Shown here: in pieces, positions 18,912 to 29,250 of the stretch | Numbering within the stretch: the stretch's first letter is position 1 | How the letters are laid out: each line of letters starts with the position of its first letter | DNA from: Bacillales bacterium UBA1744 | GTDB taxonomy: Bacteria; Bacillota_I; Bacilli_A; RFN20; CAG-826 | NCBI GenBank assembly: GCA_002314915.1 | Contig: DCHU01000081.1 | Coordinates: 300-57,628 of the forward strand | DNA: 57,329 nucleotides | Reading direction: 5' to 3' | Program-made: the position numbers and the translations under genes | The notes under the pieces: model-generated | Seen by the model: only the letters and a program-made list of their open reading frames with translations | Database searches by the model: none | Told to the model about the DNA's origin: nothing

Positions 18912-21054
18912 AGTAGCAAGCTCCTCCTTTCTGCCAATTTGGATCTGTTGACTTATCAACCTTTCCATAACCGATTGCGCAAACTTCGCTTAAGAGTGAA
19001 CCTGTTCCGGTATCAGCACCGATTGAACGAGCTTCATCCTGAGCAGCAATCTGCTCTGCGTATTCTTTCCAGTTGTCTTCCCAAGTTGTGACTTTTGAAG
19101 CTGCTGCTGAATCACGCTTTGTCTGGCAGTAGGTCATGATGTCTGTCTTGATGTCTGCTGCTGTTGCGGTGAACTGGATGTTCTGTGAATCAACGAGGTA
19201 CTGGAACCAGTATGTGTTGAGGTTGTTGTTGAATCCCTTAACTTCATCAGCGATTGTTGTAGCGCGTGAGTTGAAGTCTGAGGTCTGCTGCTTGTTGTAG
19301 TTGATGTAAGTAGCTTTTTCAACTCCATCAGTGGTCTTTGGATAGTTGTCCTGTGATGGGGTGTATGTTGTGTAGTACTGGGACAATGTTGTTGACTTCT
19401 TGTCTGCCTTGTCTTCAGCTGTTGCTTCGACGATGTTGCCTAAAGCATCTTCCTTTAAGCCATACTGAGATAAACCTGATCTCTGAACGACGATGAAGTG
19501 GATGCCCTGGTATGAGGAAGCTCCTGCTCTAACTGCAAGGATGATATTGCCCTGAGTGTCTGTTAATACGTTGCTGCCGATTCCTGGGACGACACTTGTT
19601 GTGTCTCTTGAGAAGCCAGGGAGTGCTGCGAACTGTGCTGCAAAGACGCCTTTTTCGCTTGCTGCTTCATTAGCGAAGTTTGTGCTGAATGATGCATAAG
19701 CTGTAGCTGCTGCTGCTTTTGTTGTTGTATCGCAGTGCGCGCTGTTTGCGTTTGATGCGATTGCGTTTGGTGTGACGACGCAGACGTTGTGCTTGTTGAA
19801 GTACTTGTTGTAAACAATGTTTCTTGGATAGAATGCTTCGTTTCCTTCGTTAACAGTGTTACCCTTTTCGTCTGTTGTTTCTTTAGCGTAGTCAAGAAGT
19901 GCGACTGCAGCTCCGAATGGGATCTGACCGACACCTTTGTCGTTGAAGAAGTCATAGACTGTCTTTTCGCCGTCTTTTGTGTTGACCTTCTGGTTGTCGT
20001 CCTTGATTGTTCCTAAAGCGTCAGCTGTTGCAGTTTCATCAGCCTTAAGGCCAGGTGCTAATGCGTAAGCGTTGCTCTTTCCGTATTCGGTTGTCTGTGT
20101 TCTTGCGTTGTAGAGTGTGTCGAATACATATGTACCGAGTTTGAATTCGTGGACTAAGTCTGCTGCCATTGTCTTGGACATGATGCCGTATTCACCATAG
20201 GATGAAGCGGAACCGTCGTCTGAGAACTGCTGAGCGACTTCACCGAATGTTGATCTGTTTGTCTTTGTGACGATGAGACCTTCATCATTGATGACGCCAC
20301 CTGCGAGTGACAACATGACGTTTGCTAACTTTGTTGTTTCACCACCAGCGTCGACTGAACTTGATTCAGCGATCTTGTCCTGTGTGAAGTTGCCAGCCTG
20401 ACCTGATGCTAACTTAACTAAGACGTGACGGATATGGTATGGGAGCTGTTCTTCTAACCAGCCCTTGCTTCCTGCACCCCAATCTGCTGAAGCTGGGAAT
20501 GCTTCTTTCTCTTCGCTAGAAACTGGATCGATGTACTTTCCATCTTTCATAGCCTCAACGCCGTTGACCTTGGTGCTCTGAGTGCCGAATGTCTGATACA
20601 TATCGGACTGGAATTTTTCCTTTTCTAAATCGTAGAGATGGTGCTGATACAACTCATCAACATTATCTACACCTGCATTGCTGAGGATCTTCTCAAATTC
20701 TTCCTCGAATGAAGTGCCATTGTTGTTTGCGTTTGTTGTTGCTTTCTGTTTATCGGACAAAACTTTCTGTCTTGCCTCAACGTCAAGATCTGCCTTTGTG
20801 GATGTCTTGACTTCATCATAATATTTACGAACCAGAACTTCGTAAACTTTGTCGAACTCAGTGCTTAATGAGCCTGATGACTGGCGATATGAGCCGAATA
20901 ACTCTTCTGCAGTGTAACCAACACGTGCGCCTGTTGCGTCTGTATAGGTTAAAATGTAGCCGTTATTTGCTTTGGTTGGCCAGTCACAAGCAGCTAAACC
21001 AGCGGTTGTAGCTAATAAAGCGACTAGTCCGAGAGCACATTTTTTCTTTTTCAT
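18898..21054 (-). CDS. Lipoprotein with an insertion-expanded PrsA/parvulin PPIase domain (P80-like)
   Basis: Lipobox LAA-C; HIRHVLVK, TFGEVAQQFSDDGSASSYGEYG, LVHEF and SSYQGIHFIVV parvulin motifs. Confidence 0.75.
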   Translation of the reverse strand: MKKKKCALGLVALLATTAGLAACDWPTKANNGYILTYTDATGARVGYTAEELFGSYRQSSGSLSTEFDKVYEVLVRKYYDEVKTSTKADLDVEARQKVLSDKQKATTNANNNGTSFEEEFEKILSNAGVDNVDELYQHHLYDLEKEKFQSDMYQTFGTQSTKVNGVEAMKDGKYIDPVSSEEKEAFPASADWGAGSKGWLEEQLPYHIRHVLVKLASGQAGNFTQDKIAESSSVDAGGETTKLANVMLSLAGGVINDEGLIVTKTNRSTFGEVAQQFSDDGSASSYGEYGIMSKTMAADLVHEFKLGTYVFDTLYNARTQTTEYGKSNAYALAPGLKADETATADALGTIKDDNQKVNTKDGEKTVYDFFNDKGVGQIPFGAAVALLDYAKETTDEKGNTVNEGNEAFYPRNIVYNKYFNKHNVCVVTPNAIASNANSAHCDTTTKAAAATAYASFSTNFANEAASEKGVFAAQFAALPGFSRDTTSVVPGIGSNVLTDTQGNIILAVRAGASSYQGIHFIVVQRSGLSQYGLKEDALGNIVEATAEDKADKKSTTLSQYYTTYTPSQDNYPKTTDGVEKATYINYNKQQTSDFNSRATTIADEVKGFNNNLNTYWFQYLVDSQNIQFTATAADIKTDIMTYCQTKRDSAAASKVTTWEDNWKEYAEQIAAQDEARSIGADTGTGSLLSEVCAIGYGKVDKSTDPNWQKGGACYYATK

Positions 21055-21195
21055 AGTGTGTGGACTCGTTCCTCCTTGCACGAAAACGTTGCGGTGTAAT
21101 CATATTCTCTTAAGAGAATTAGTGCAAGTACCAAAAATCAAGGTTTTTAGAAACATGAGAAAATATCGCATTTTTAATCTCTTTTATCATATCGT

Positions 21196-21224
21196 TTGAA
21201 CACTTTTAGCCATTAATTTACAAT
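21196..21224 (+). promoter_or_regulatory. SigA-type promoter of the suf operon
   Basis: TTGAAC-N17-TACAAT upstream of the GGAGG SD. Confidence 0.65.
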
Positions 21225-21248
21225 ATCTCCCGATTCGGAGGAGGATAT

Positions 21249-22079
21249 ATGTCTACTTTAGTAATTAAGAATTTGCATGCATCCGTTAAAGGGAAGGAAA
21301 TCCTAAAGGGAGTGAACCTCACACTCAATGAAGGAGAAACCTTGGCGTTATTAGGCCCTAATGGCCATGGTAAGTCCACATTGCTCGCAGCAATCATGGG
21401 AAACCCAGCATTTGAAGTCACAGAAGGTGAAATCTATATTGATGGAACTGATATTTTGGCATTAACACCAGATTTGAGAAGCAAGGCAGGTTTATTCCTT
21501 GCGATGCAGTATCCTGCAGAGATTCCTGGTCTCAATTCTGCGGACTTCCTCAAAGCATCAATGAATGCTCATAGAGAAAAGCCATTAACTCTTTTCCAGT
21601 TCTATAAAGCTCTCCAGGACGCATATGGCGCACTCGGAATTCCTTTCGAAATGTCTAAGAGAAACCTCAATGAAGGATTCTCGGGTGGCGAAAAAAAGAG
21701 AAATGAAATCCTCCAGATGAAATTGCTCGCCCCAAAATTTGCTATGCTCGACGAAATCGATTCCGGTCTTGATGTCGATGCAATGGTTACAGTGGCAGAT
21801 GAAATCAAGAAACAGCAGGAGAGAGGTGCAGGATTCCTCGTCATTTCTCACTATGCACGTTTATATAACATGATTAATCCAACTAGAGCAGCAGTCCTTG
21901 TTAACGGACGTATTGCTGTTGAAGGCGGACCTGAATTGGTTGAAAGAATTGACAAAGAAGGTTACGAGTGGATTAAGCGTGAACTCGGCATCAATGTCGA
22001 GAAAGAAGTCGATGGTTCAATGAATACAGTTTCCATCGGCGCTTGCGGAACAAAGGTTAAGATCAATGATAAGAAATAA
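21249..22079 (+). CDS. sufC: Fe-S assembly ATPase SufC
   Basis: GPNGHGKST, MQYPAEIPG, NEGFSGGEKKRNE and LDEIDSGLDVDA motifs. Confidence 0.96.
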   Translation: MSTLVIKNLHASVKGKEILKGVNLTLNEGETLALLGPNGHGKSTLLAAIMGNPAFEVTEGEIYIDGTDILALTPDLRSKAGLFLAMQYPAEIPGLNSADFLKASMNAHREKPLTLFQFYKALQDAYGALGIPFEMSKRNLNEGFSGGEKKRNEILQMKLLAPKFAMLDEIDSGLDVDAMVTVADEIKKQQERGAGFLVISHYARLYNMINPTRAAVLVNGRIAVEGGPELVERIDKEGYEWIKRELGINVEKEVDGSMNTVSIGACGTKVKINDKK

Positions 22080-22773
22080 GGTACGTGAAAACGAGAAGAC
22101 CGTACTCTACGTGGATGAAATTCCTAGTGGTGCTCATTTTCATGTTGCCTCAGGCGAAACATTAAAGATAAACATTGCTTGTTTCGTGAATGACCTCGAC
22201 GGAAAGATTGATGTCGACGTCGATGAAAATGGTAATTTTGAAGGTGCATTGGCTGATTTTTCCAATAGAAACGGCAAATTCATAATAAATGTTAACCTCA
22301 ATGGCAGGGGAGCTACATGCAATTGGCACTTAGCATCCTTGACTGGAGGAGATTCAAAAAAGGTGTTTGAGACCTCTGTTTTCCACGAAGATGCAGAGAC
22401 TTTTGCACTCATGTCAAACTACGGAATCGCAAGAGATTCTGGCAAACTCACATTCACTGGAACAAGCCACATAAAGCAAGGTTCCAAAAAGACAAACACA
22501 AGACAGGAAGCCAAGATTATCGTGTTTGATGACACAAGCGATGGTAAGGCTCTTCCTATCCTTAAGATTGACGAAAATGACGTCTCAGCTTCACACGCTG
22601 CAATCGTTGGCAGATTGAACGAGCAACACCTCTTCTATTTGGAGTCTCGTGGTATCTCTGAAGAAGATGCAAAACGCATTATCTCATTAGGGTACTTGAA
22701 ACCAATCGAAGAATATTTCAGCGACGAAGAGACACTTCGCATTATCGATAGAGCTATTGAAGGAGGTATCTAA
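22066..22773 (+). CDS. sufD: SufD (short form, N-terminal region absent)
   Basis: PILKIDENDVSASHAA and EQHLFYLESRGI; position in the operon. Confidence 0.88.
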   Translation: MIRNKVRENEKTVLYVDEIPSGAHFHVASGETLKINIACFVNDLDGKIDVDVDENGNFEGALADFSNRNGKFIINVNLNGRGATCNWHLASLTGGDSKKVFETSVFHEDAETFALMSNYGIARDSGKLTFTGTSHIKQGSKKTNTRQEAKIIVFDDTSDGKALPILKIDENDVSASHAAIVGRLNEQHLFYLESRGISEEDAKRIISLGYLKPIEEYFSDEETLRIIDRAIEGGI

Positions 22774-24009
22774 ATGTTTGACCCAAAGACACTTAGAAAA
22801 GACTTCCCAATGTATAGAAATTCCATCGAGATGCAGGGCAAGCCTTTGGTTTGGTTGGATAACGCCTCAACTACTTTCAAGCCAGATTGTGTATTGAAGG
22901 CGGTTGAAAGCTACTATACACACGAGACCAGCAACTCCCATCGTGGTGACTATGATCTTTGCTACAACATGGACATGAAAATCCAGGAAACCAGAGAAAC
23001 AATTCAGAAGTTCATCAACGCAAAGAACTCAGCGGAAATCGTGTTCACTTCCGGCACAACAGGAAGCCTTAATTTAATCGCGTATGGATATGCAGCTAAA
23101 TATTTGACGAAAGATGATGAGATTCTTCTCACCGAAGCAGAACATGCATCAAACGTTCTTCCATGGTTCAAAGTGGCGGAAACAGTTGGCTGCAAAATCT
23201 CATATATTCCTCTAAACGAAGATGGAAGACTTACGGTTGATAACCTCAAAAAGGTTATTTCAAAGAAAACTAAAATTGTTGCAGTTGCTCATGTAACAAA
23301 TGTATTGGGCTATATCGCCCCAATCAAGGAGTTAGCAAAAGTGGCTCATGAGTATGGTGCGATAATTGCGTGTGACGGTGCTCAATCAGTTCCTCATCTT
23401 CCTACAGATGTTCAGGATCTTGATGTCGACTTCCTCGCATTCTCAGGACACAAACTCTGCGGACCAACAGGAATCGGAGTCCTCTACGGAAAATTTGACT
23501 TGCTTAAATTAACCGATCCATTCATGACGGGCGGAGGCATGAACTCCAAGTTTGATATGTGCGGTGATGTCGGATATCTTAATCCACCTCTTAGATTTGA
23601 GGCTGGAACACAAAACATCGAAGGCATTCTTGGCCTTAAGGCTGCCATCGATTACATCTCTTCTATTGGTATGGAGAACATCAACCACTACGAAGAAGAA
23701 CTAAAGAAATATGCGGTAGAACAGCTACTTAAAACTGGAAACTGCACAATCTATAACCCAAATTCTGAAGCTGCCATCGTTACTTTTAACATTAATGATG
23801 TATTTGCTCAGGACGCCGCAACATTCCTCAACTCAAAAGGAATTGCATGCCGTTCAGGTCAGCACTGCGCAAAGATTCTCAATGATTATCTTGGCGTTGT
23901 TGCAACCGTTAGAGCTAGCTTCTATTTCTACACTACAAAAGAAGATGTTGATGCGCTTGTTGATGCCGTCAAACACGGAAAGGAGTTCTTAGATGCCTAC
24001 TTCATTTGA
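22774..24009 (+). CDS. sufS: Cysteine desulfurase SufS
   Basis: [23 protein letters not shown] and RSGQHCA motifs. Confidence 0.95.
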   Translation: MFDPKTLRKDFPMYRNSIEMQGKPLVWLDNASTTFKPDCVLKAVESYYTHETSNSHRGDYDLCYNMDMKIQETRETIQKFINAKNSAEIVFTSGTTGSLNLIAYGYAAKYLTKDDEILLTEAEHASNVLPWFKVAETVGCKISYIPLNEDGRLTVDNLKKVISKKTKIVAVAHVTNVLGYIAPIKELAKVAHEYGAIIACDGAQSVPHLPTDVQDLDVDFLAFSGHKLCGPTGIGVLYGKFDLLKLTDPFMTGGGMNSKFDMCGDVGYLNPPLRFEAGTQNIEGILGLKAAIDYISSIGMENINHYEEELKKYAVEQLLKTGNCTIYNPNSEAAIVTFNINDVFAQDAATFLNSKGIACRSGQHCAKILNDYLGVVATVRASFYFYTTKEDVDALVDAVKHGKEFLDAYFI

Positions 24010-24436
24010 ACTAACTCCAATGATGATGCGTGAAATCATCATGGACCATTATTCCAATCCAAGACATAAAACCGTTCCATCTGGAGACGGATATGTCTCA
24101 ATTCACACAGACAGCACTAACTGCATTGATAACTTTGATGTTTATATCAAATGCGAAAACGGCAAAGTAGTTGACGCTTTGTGGGATGGTATCGCGTGTA
24201 CCATTTCTAGCGCTTCAACCGATATTCTTTGTGATAGAGTTATCGGCGAATCTTTTGATTCTGCCGTTTACACAATCGAACAATATAAAAACATGATCCA
24301 ATTAAAGGATTACGATGATTCTGTTTTGGATGAGGCAATCGTCTTCATTAACACAGGAAAACAGGCAGCTCGCATCCATTGCGCAACAATGGGATGGGAT
24401 GCCATGAAAGAACTCATCGAGAAAGAGGGTAAGTAA
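23993..24436 (+). CDS. sufU: SufU sulfur-transfer/scaffold protein
   Basis: [20 protein letters not shown] and RIHCA motifs. Confidence 0.9.
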   Translation: MPTSFELTPMMMREIIMDHYSNPRHKTVPSGDGYVSIHTDSTNCIDNFDVYIKCENGKVVDALWDGIACTISSASTDILCDRVIGESFDSAVYTIEQYKNMIQLKDYDDSVLDEAIVFINTGKQAARIHCATMGWDAMKELIEKEGK

Positions 24437-24437
24437 T

Positions 24438-25835
24438 ATGGCAGACACCGACTTCCTTGACGAGCAATACAAATATGACTTTAAGACTGATGCAAAGGCC
24501 GTTTTCACTACGGGCAAAGGCATCAACGAGGAAGTAGTCAAAGCAATCTCACAGGCAAAAGGAGAGCCTGAGTGGATGCTTGAATACAGACTTAAGGCAT
24601 ATCAGGCATTCGCAAAGATGCCAAACCCACCTTATGGTCCAGATTTATCTTTCTTGGACTATCAGTCATTTACATATTTCACACGTTACGATATTTCAGA
24701 AAGACAGGATTGGGAAGAAGTCCCAAGCGCAGTCAAAGAGACTTTCGATAAGCTAGGCATCCCTGAGGCTGAGCAGAAATATTTGGCGGGCGTTACAACA
24801 CAGTACGAATCAGAAGTTGTTTATCACAACATGCTTGAGGAAGTTGAAGAGAAGGGTGTTATATTCCTTTCTACTGATATGGGCCTTAAGCTATTCCCTG
24901 ATATATTCAAAGAATATTTCGGAAAAGTTGTTCCATATTATGACAACAAGTTTGCAGCTTTGAACGGTGCCGTTTGGAGTGGTGGTTCTTTCATATATGT
25001 TCCAAAGGGCGTCCACCTCGAAAAACCTCTTCAGTCTTACTTCCGTATCAATAACGAAAAGTCTGGACAGTTTGAACGCACGCTCATCATCGTTGATGAA
25101 GGAGCTGATATTAACTATGTCGAAGGATGTACAGCCCCTATTTATTCCAAAGAGTCATTGCATGCAGCTGTAGTTGAAATAATAGTTCTCAAAGATGCTA
25201 GATGCCGTTATACAACAGTTCAGAACTGGTCAACCAACATTGTTAACATGGTTACGCAGAGAGCGTTGGTCGAAGAAAACGGCCTTATGGAATGGGTTGA
25301 TGGAAACATCGGTTCATATAGAAATATGAAATACCCAGCATGCATATTGCATGGCGATAGAGCTAAAGGCTCTGTTATTTCAATCGCTGTTGGTGGAAAG
25401 AATCAGTTCCAGGACAATGGCGCAAGAATGATTCACCAGGGCAAAGATACATCTTCAACAATCATCTCAAAATCAATTTGCAAGAATGGCGGTGTAGTCA
25501 ATTATCGTGGTACAGTCCGTATGGAACCTACTGCAGATAATGCACATTCACACGTTGAGTGTGACACTCTAATCTTAGACGACATTTCCAAATCAGATAC
25601 AATTCCAACAAGCGAAATCAAAAATGGAAACTCATTTATCGAGCATGAAGCCACTGTCTCAAAGATCAGCGAAGAACAGCTTTTCTATTTGATGTCTAGA
25701 GGCATCTCTGAAGAAGATGCTACCCAGATGATCATCATGGGTTTCATCGAGCCATTCTCACGCGAACTTCCTATGGAATACGCGGTTGAACTTAATCAGC
25801 TCATTAAACTCGATATGTCGGGTTCGGTAGGATAA
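24438..25835 (+). CDS. sufB: Fe-S assembly protein SufB
   Basis: [26 protein letters not shown] and ELPMEYAVE motifs. Confidence 0.97.
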   Translation: MADTDFLDEQYKYDFKTDAKAVFTTGKGINEEVVKAISQAKGEPEWMLEYRLKAYQAFAKMPNPPYGPDLSFLDYQSFTYFTRYDISERQDWEEVPSAVKETFDKLGIPEAEQKYLAGVTTQYESEVVYHNMLEEVEEKGVIFLSTDMGLKLFPDIFKEYFGKVVPYYDNKFAALNGAVWSGGSFIYVPKGVHLEKPLQSYFRINNEKSGQFERTLIIVDEGADINYVEGCTAPIYSKESLHAAVVEIIVLKDARCRYTTVQNWSTNIVNMVTQRALVEENGLMEWVDGNIGSYRNMKYPACILHGDRAKGSVISIAVGGKNQFQDNGARMIHQGKDTSSTIISKSICKNGGVVNYRGTVRMEPTADNAHSHVECDTLILDDISKSDTIPTSEIKNGNSFIEHEATVSKISEEQLFYLMSRGISEEDATQMIIMGFIEPFSRELPMEYAVELNQLIKLDMSGSVG

Positions 25836-25838
25836 ACG

Positions 25839-27710
25839 ATGGACTTTGACGTAATTGTTGTAGGTGGTGGACACGCAGGTGTAGAAGCCTGCCACGCAGC
25901 TGCTAAACTCGGCATGCGTACTCTTTTGTGCACCCTCAACAAGAAGATGATTGCCAACACCCCATGCAATCCTCATATCGGTGGTTCCGCAAAAGGAATC
26001 GTTGTCAGAGAGATTGATGCATTGGGCGGATTAATGGGCGTTGCAGCTGATTATAACCCTCTTCAAATCAAGATGCTCAATACAAGCAAAGGACCTGGTG
26101 TCCAGTGTTTGAGAGCGCAGGTTGATAAGGCTGGCTACCCTGCACATATGCAGGACCTTTTGGATCAAGTTCCAAATCTCACAATTAAGGAATGTGAGGT
26201 TAAGTCACTGCTTTATACCGAAGATACAGTATATGGAGTTGTAACAGAAACCGGCGAGGAGATTACCGCTAAGGCAGTAATTATCACAACTGGCACTTAT
26301 ATGGACTCAAACATTATTTCCGGCCTTTCGTCATACAAAGGTGGACCTGACGGAGAGAAGCCATCTATCGGACTCTCAGAGTGTTTGAAGCAGATGGGGA
26401 TTGATATTTTCCGTTTGAAGACAGGAACTCCTCAAAGAGTTAAGAAGAGCACTATCGATTTCTCCAACGCTGAAATCGAATATGGGATGGCTGGAGAACT
26501 CAATTTCTCTTTCACAAACCACAATTGCAGAACCATCGAGGAACAACTTCCTTGTTGGCTTATATATACAACTCCTGAGACACTCAGAATCATTAGAGAG
26601 AACTTGGATAAATCTGCAGTGTTTAACGGTATCATAACCGGCGCTGGACCAAGATATTGTCCTTCAATTGAATCCAAGGTTGTCCGCTTTGCGGATAAAG
26701 AAAGACATCAGTTATTCTTGGAGCCTGAGTACGAAGACGGAGAATCCATCTACATTCAGGGTTTCTCAACCGGCATGCCACATGACATCCAGGATCAACT
26801 TGTTCATTCCCTTCCAGGCCTTGAACATGCGGAGATTTTAAAATACGCATATCAGATTGAATACGATGCAGTAAGGCCTTTGCAGTTTGATGCAACTTTA
26901 AACATCAGGAAATACAAAGGATTATATGGAGCGGGCCAAATTCTTGGTACATCCGGCTATGAAGAGGCTGGCGGACTTGGAATTATGGCTGGTATCAATG
27001 CTGCCCTTTGGATTAAAGGAGAAGAACCTTTCATCTTGAGACGTGATGAAGCCTATATCGGTGTCATGATTGATGACCTTGTTACCAAAGGTACGGAAGA
27101 ACCATATCGTTTGATGTCTTCAAGAGCGGAATACCGCCTTCTTTTAAGACATGACAACGCAGATATCAGATTGACTGAGCACGCTCATAGAATCGGAATG
27201 ATTTCGGAAGATAGATATTCTGAATACTTGAAGAAACACGAAGAGATTGCAACTGTCATCAATGTTATGAAAGACAATATAGTTTCTGACAAAGAGGGTG
27301 TTGCTAAGTATTTGCAGGAGCACAACTATGACGATATCGCAATCGGACATAGAGGTTTGGAACTCTTAAAGAGACCTCATTTGACTTACAAAGGCATATA
27401 CCCATTCATGCCAGAACTCCAGGAATACCATCTGAACGATGATTCGATTTTGGCTCTTGAGACCAAGATTAAATATGAAGGATACATTAAGCGCGAGGCA
27501 GAAAATGCTAAATCAATGCTTAAGCTTGAGAAAATCGCTATTCCAGAAGATATGGATTATTCAAATATCAACGGTATGGCATTAGAGGCTAGAGAGAAAC
27601 TAGCAGCAGTTAAACCAAGGACCATTGGACAGGCAAGCCGTATTTCTGGCATTGACCCTTCCGATATAACCATTCTCGCATTAACATTAAGAAAGATGGG
27701 TCATATATGA
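25839..27710 (+). CDS. mnmG: tRNA U34 modification enzyme MnmG/GidA
   Basis: GGGHAGVEA, RLKTGTP, GPRYCPSIE, GTSGYEEA and SRAEYRL motifs. Confidence 0.97.
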   Translation: MDFDVIVVGGGHAGVEACHAAAKLGMRTLLCTLNKKMIANTPCNPHIGGSAKGIVVREIDALGGLMGVAADYNPLQIKMLNTSKGPGVQCLRAQVDKAGYPAHMQDLLDQVPNLTIKECEVKSLLYTEDTVYGVVTETGEEITAKAVIITTGTYMDSNIISGLSSYKGGPDGEKPSIGLSECLKQMGIDIFRLKTGTPQRVKKSTIDFSNAEIEYGMAGELNFSFTNHNCRTIEEQLPCWLIYTTPETLRIIRENLDKSAVFNGIITGAGPRYCPSIESKVVRFADKERHQLFLEPEYEDGESIYIQGFSTGMPHDIQDQLVHSLPGLEHAEILKYAYQIEYDAVRPLQFDATLNIRKYKGLYGAGQILGTSGYEEAGGLGIMAGINAALWIKGEEPFILRRDEAYIGVMIDDLVTKGTEEPYRLMSSRAEYRLLLRHDNADIRLTEHAHRIGMISEDRYSEYLKKHEEIATVINVMKDNIVSDKEGVAKYLQEHNYDDIAIGHRGLELLKRPHLTYKGIYPFMPELQEYHLNDDSILALETKIKYEGYIKREAENAKSMLKLEKIAIPEDMDYSNINGMALEAREKLAAVKPRTIGQASRISGIDPSDITILALTLRKMGHI

Positions 27711-28402
27711 ATTACGAAGAACTCAAAGAACTAACTTCATCATTCCTCCCTTTATCTGATTCGCAGATTGAGGCATTTAAGAAATATGCCGTTTTACTTC
27801 GTGAGTGGAATGAGAAATTCAATTTGACTGCGATTACAGAAGAGAGTGAAGTGGTTGAAAAACATTTCTATGATTGCCTCCTCCCATTCAAATCAGTCAA
27901 ACTCGAAAATATCGACGCGTGCGATTTGGGCAGTGGTGCCGGATTCCCTGGCTTGGTGTTTGCAATTGCTATGCCAACTTGGAATATGACCCTTGTTGAT
28001 TCAACAAATAAAAAGTGCACGTTTTTGAGAGAAGCCGCAAAAGAACTCGGCTTAACTAATGTAACAGTCATTAGCGGCAGAGCAGAGGAACTAGGCATGA
28101 GAGGCAAGTTCGATCTTGTTAGTGCTCGTGCAGTCGCCCCTTTGTATCTTCTTCTCGAACTCGCAATGCCTCTTCTCAAAGTTAACGGAACATTCCTTTC
28201 TATGAAAGGTTCAAAAGCGGAAGAGGAAATCAAAGAAGCAAAAGAAGCCTTCCGTAAACTTGATTGCAAAGTTATTTCAATGAACACAGAGACACTCCCA
28301 AATGATGTCGGAACCAGATCCAACATCATCATTAAAAAGGTTAAAGAAACAAATAAAAAGTACCCAAGAACATGGGGAGAGATGCAAAAGCATCATCTTT
28401 AA
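27707..28402 (+). CDS. rsmG: 16S rRNA m7G527 methyltransferase RsmG/GidB
   Basis: WNEKFNLTAI, KHFYD, DLGSGAGFPG and ARAVA motifs. Confidence 0.95.
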   Translation: MNYEELKELTSSFLPLSDSQIEAFKKYAVLLREWNEKFNLTAITEESEVVEKHFYDCLLPFKSVKLENIDACDLGSGAGFPGLVFAIAMPTWNMTLVDSTNKKCTFLREAAKELGLTNVTVISGRAEELGMRGKFDLVSARAVAPLYLLLELAMPLLKVNGTFLSMKGSKAEEEIKEAKEAFRKLDCKVISMNTETLPNDVGTRSNIIIKKVKETNKKYPRTWGEMQKHHL

Positions 28403-28416
28403 TTTACAATATCTCC

Positions 28417-29250
28417 ATGGCCAGAACCAAACTACCTTCAAACTGCAGTGAGATTTTTAAACGCTACACAAAGATTGGCGTTATAAACGATTTCGAAAAA
28501 GAATGTTCCAAGCACCCTTCAATTAGGGTCTCTTTGTCATTAATTGATGATAACAGATTCGTAAGGGACGCAGATGTTTCTACTGAGGTTGTCGAAAACT
28601 TTGCGGAAGCCGTTTCCAACAAAGGAACATTCGCGCCATTAGTACTGAGGAAAACGGCAAATAGATATGAGTTAGTTTGCGGTAGAAAGCGTTTGTACGC
28701 AGCAAAACGATTAAAATACTGGGACGTCCCGGCTTGGGTAATCGATGTCGATGATGAACAGGCCTTGCTCATGATTCTTGCTGATATTCGCGATCAGAAG
28801 GAATCTAACATAGTCGAGCTTGCCTATGTTTTCAAAGCGCTATTTGAAGATCACTCATATCCTCAAGCGGACATAGCGACCATTTCTCATCAATCAAGAT
28901 CACAAGTAACAAACACGATGAGAATACTTAAACTTCCATCATCTATCATACAGATGGTTTCTAGAGGGGAGATTAGTTATGGACACGCAAGAGCTGTAGA
29001 ACCACTCGATGAGAAGAGTCAGTTCCTTGCCGTTTCACTCATCAAAGATGAAAAGTTATCGGTTCGCGAAACTGAGGCTCTGGTGAAAAAACTTCAAGAG
29101 AACCCATCAGCGCTCGAGAAGCCTGTTGATGAGGTCCTAAAAGAGCTATTTGGCGCCGAATATGTCCACATACACAAGAACAACGTTGTCTTCTCATTCA
29201 ACAACGAGGAAGAACGTGACGCATTTATTGAGAGGTTGAAAAAATTATGA
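28417..29250 (+). CDS. parB: ParB/Spo0J-family protein with degenerate CTPase motif
   Basis: PLVLR...YELVCGRKRLYAA, HTH SRSQVTNTMRILKLP, GHARA and LSVRETE; follows rsmG. Confidence 0.8.
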   Translation: MARTKLPSNCSEIFKRYTKIGVINDFEKECSKHPSIRVSLSLIDDNRFVRDADVSTEVVENFAEAVSNKGTFAPLVLRKTANRYELVCGRKRLYAAKRLKYWDVPAWVIDVDDEQALLMILADIRDQKESNIVELAYVFKALFEDHSYPQADIATISHQSRSQVTNTMRILKLPSSIIQMVSRGEISYGHARAVEPLDEKSQFLAVSLIKDEKLSVRETEALVKKLQENPSALEKPVDEVLKELFGAEYVHIHKNNVVFSFNNEEERDAFIERLKKL

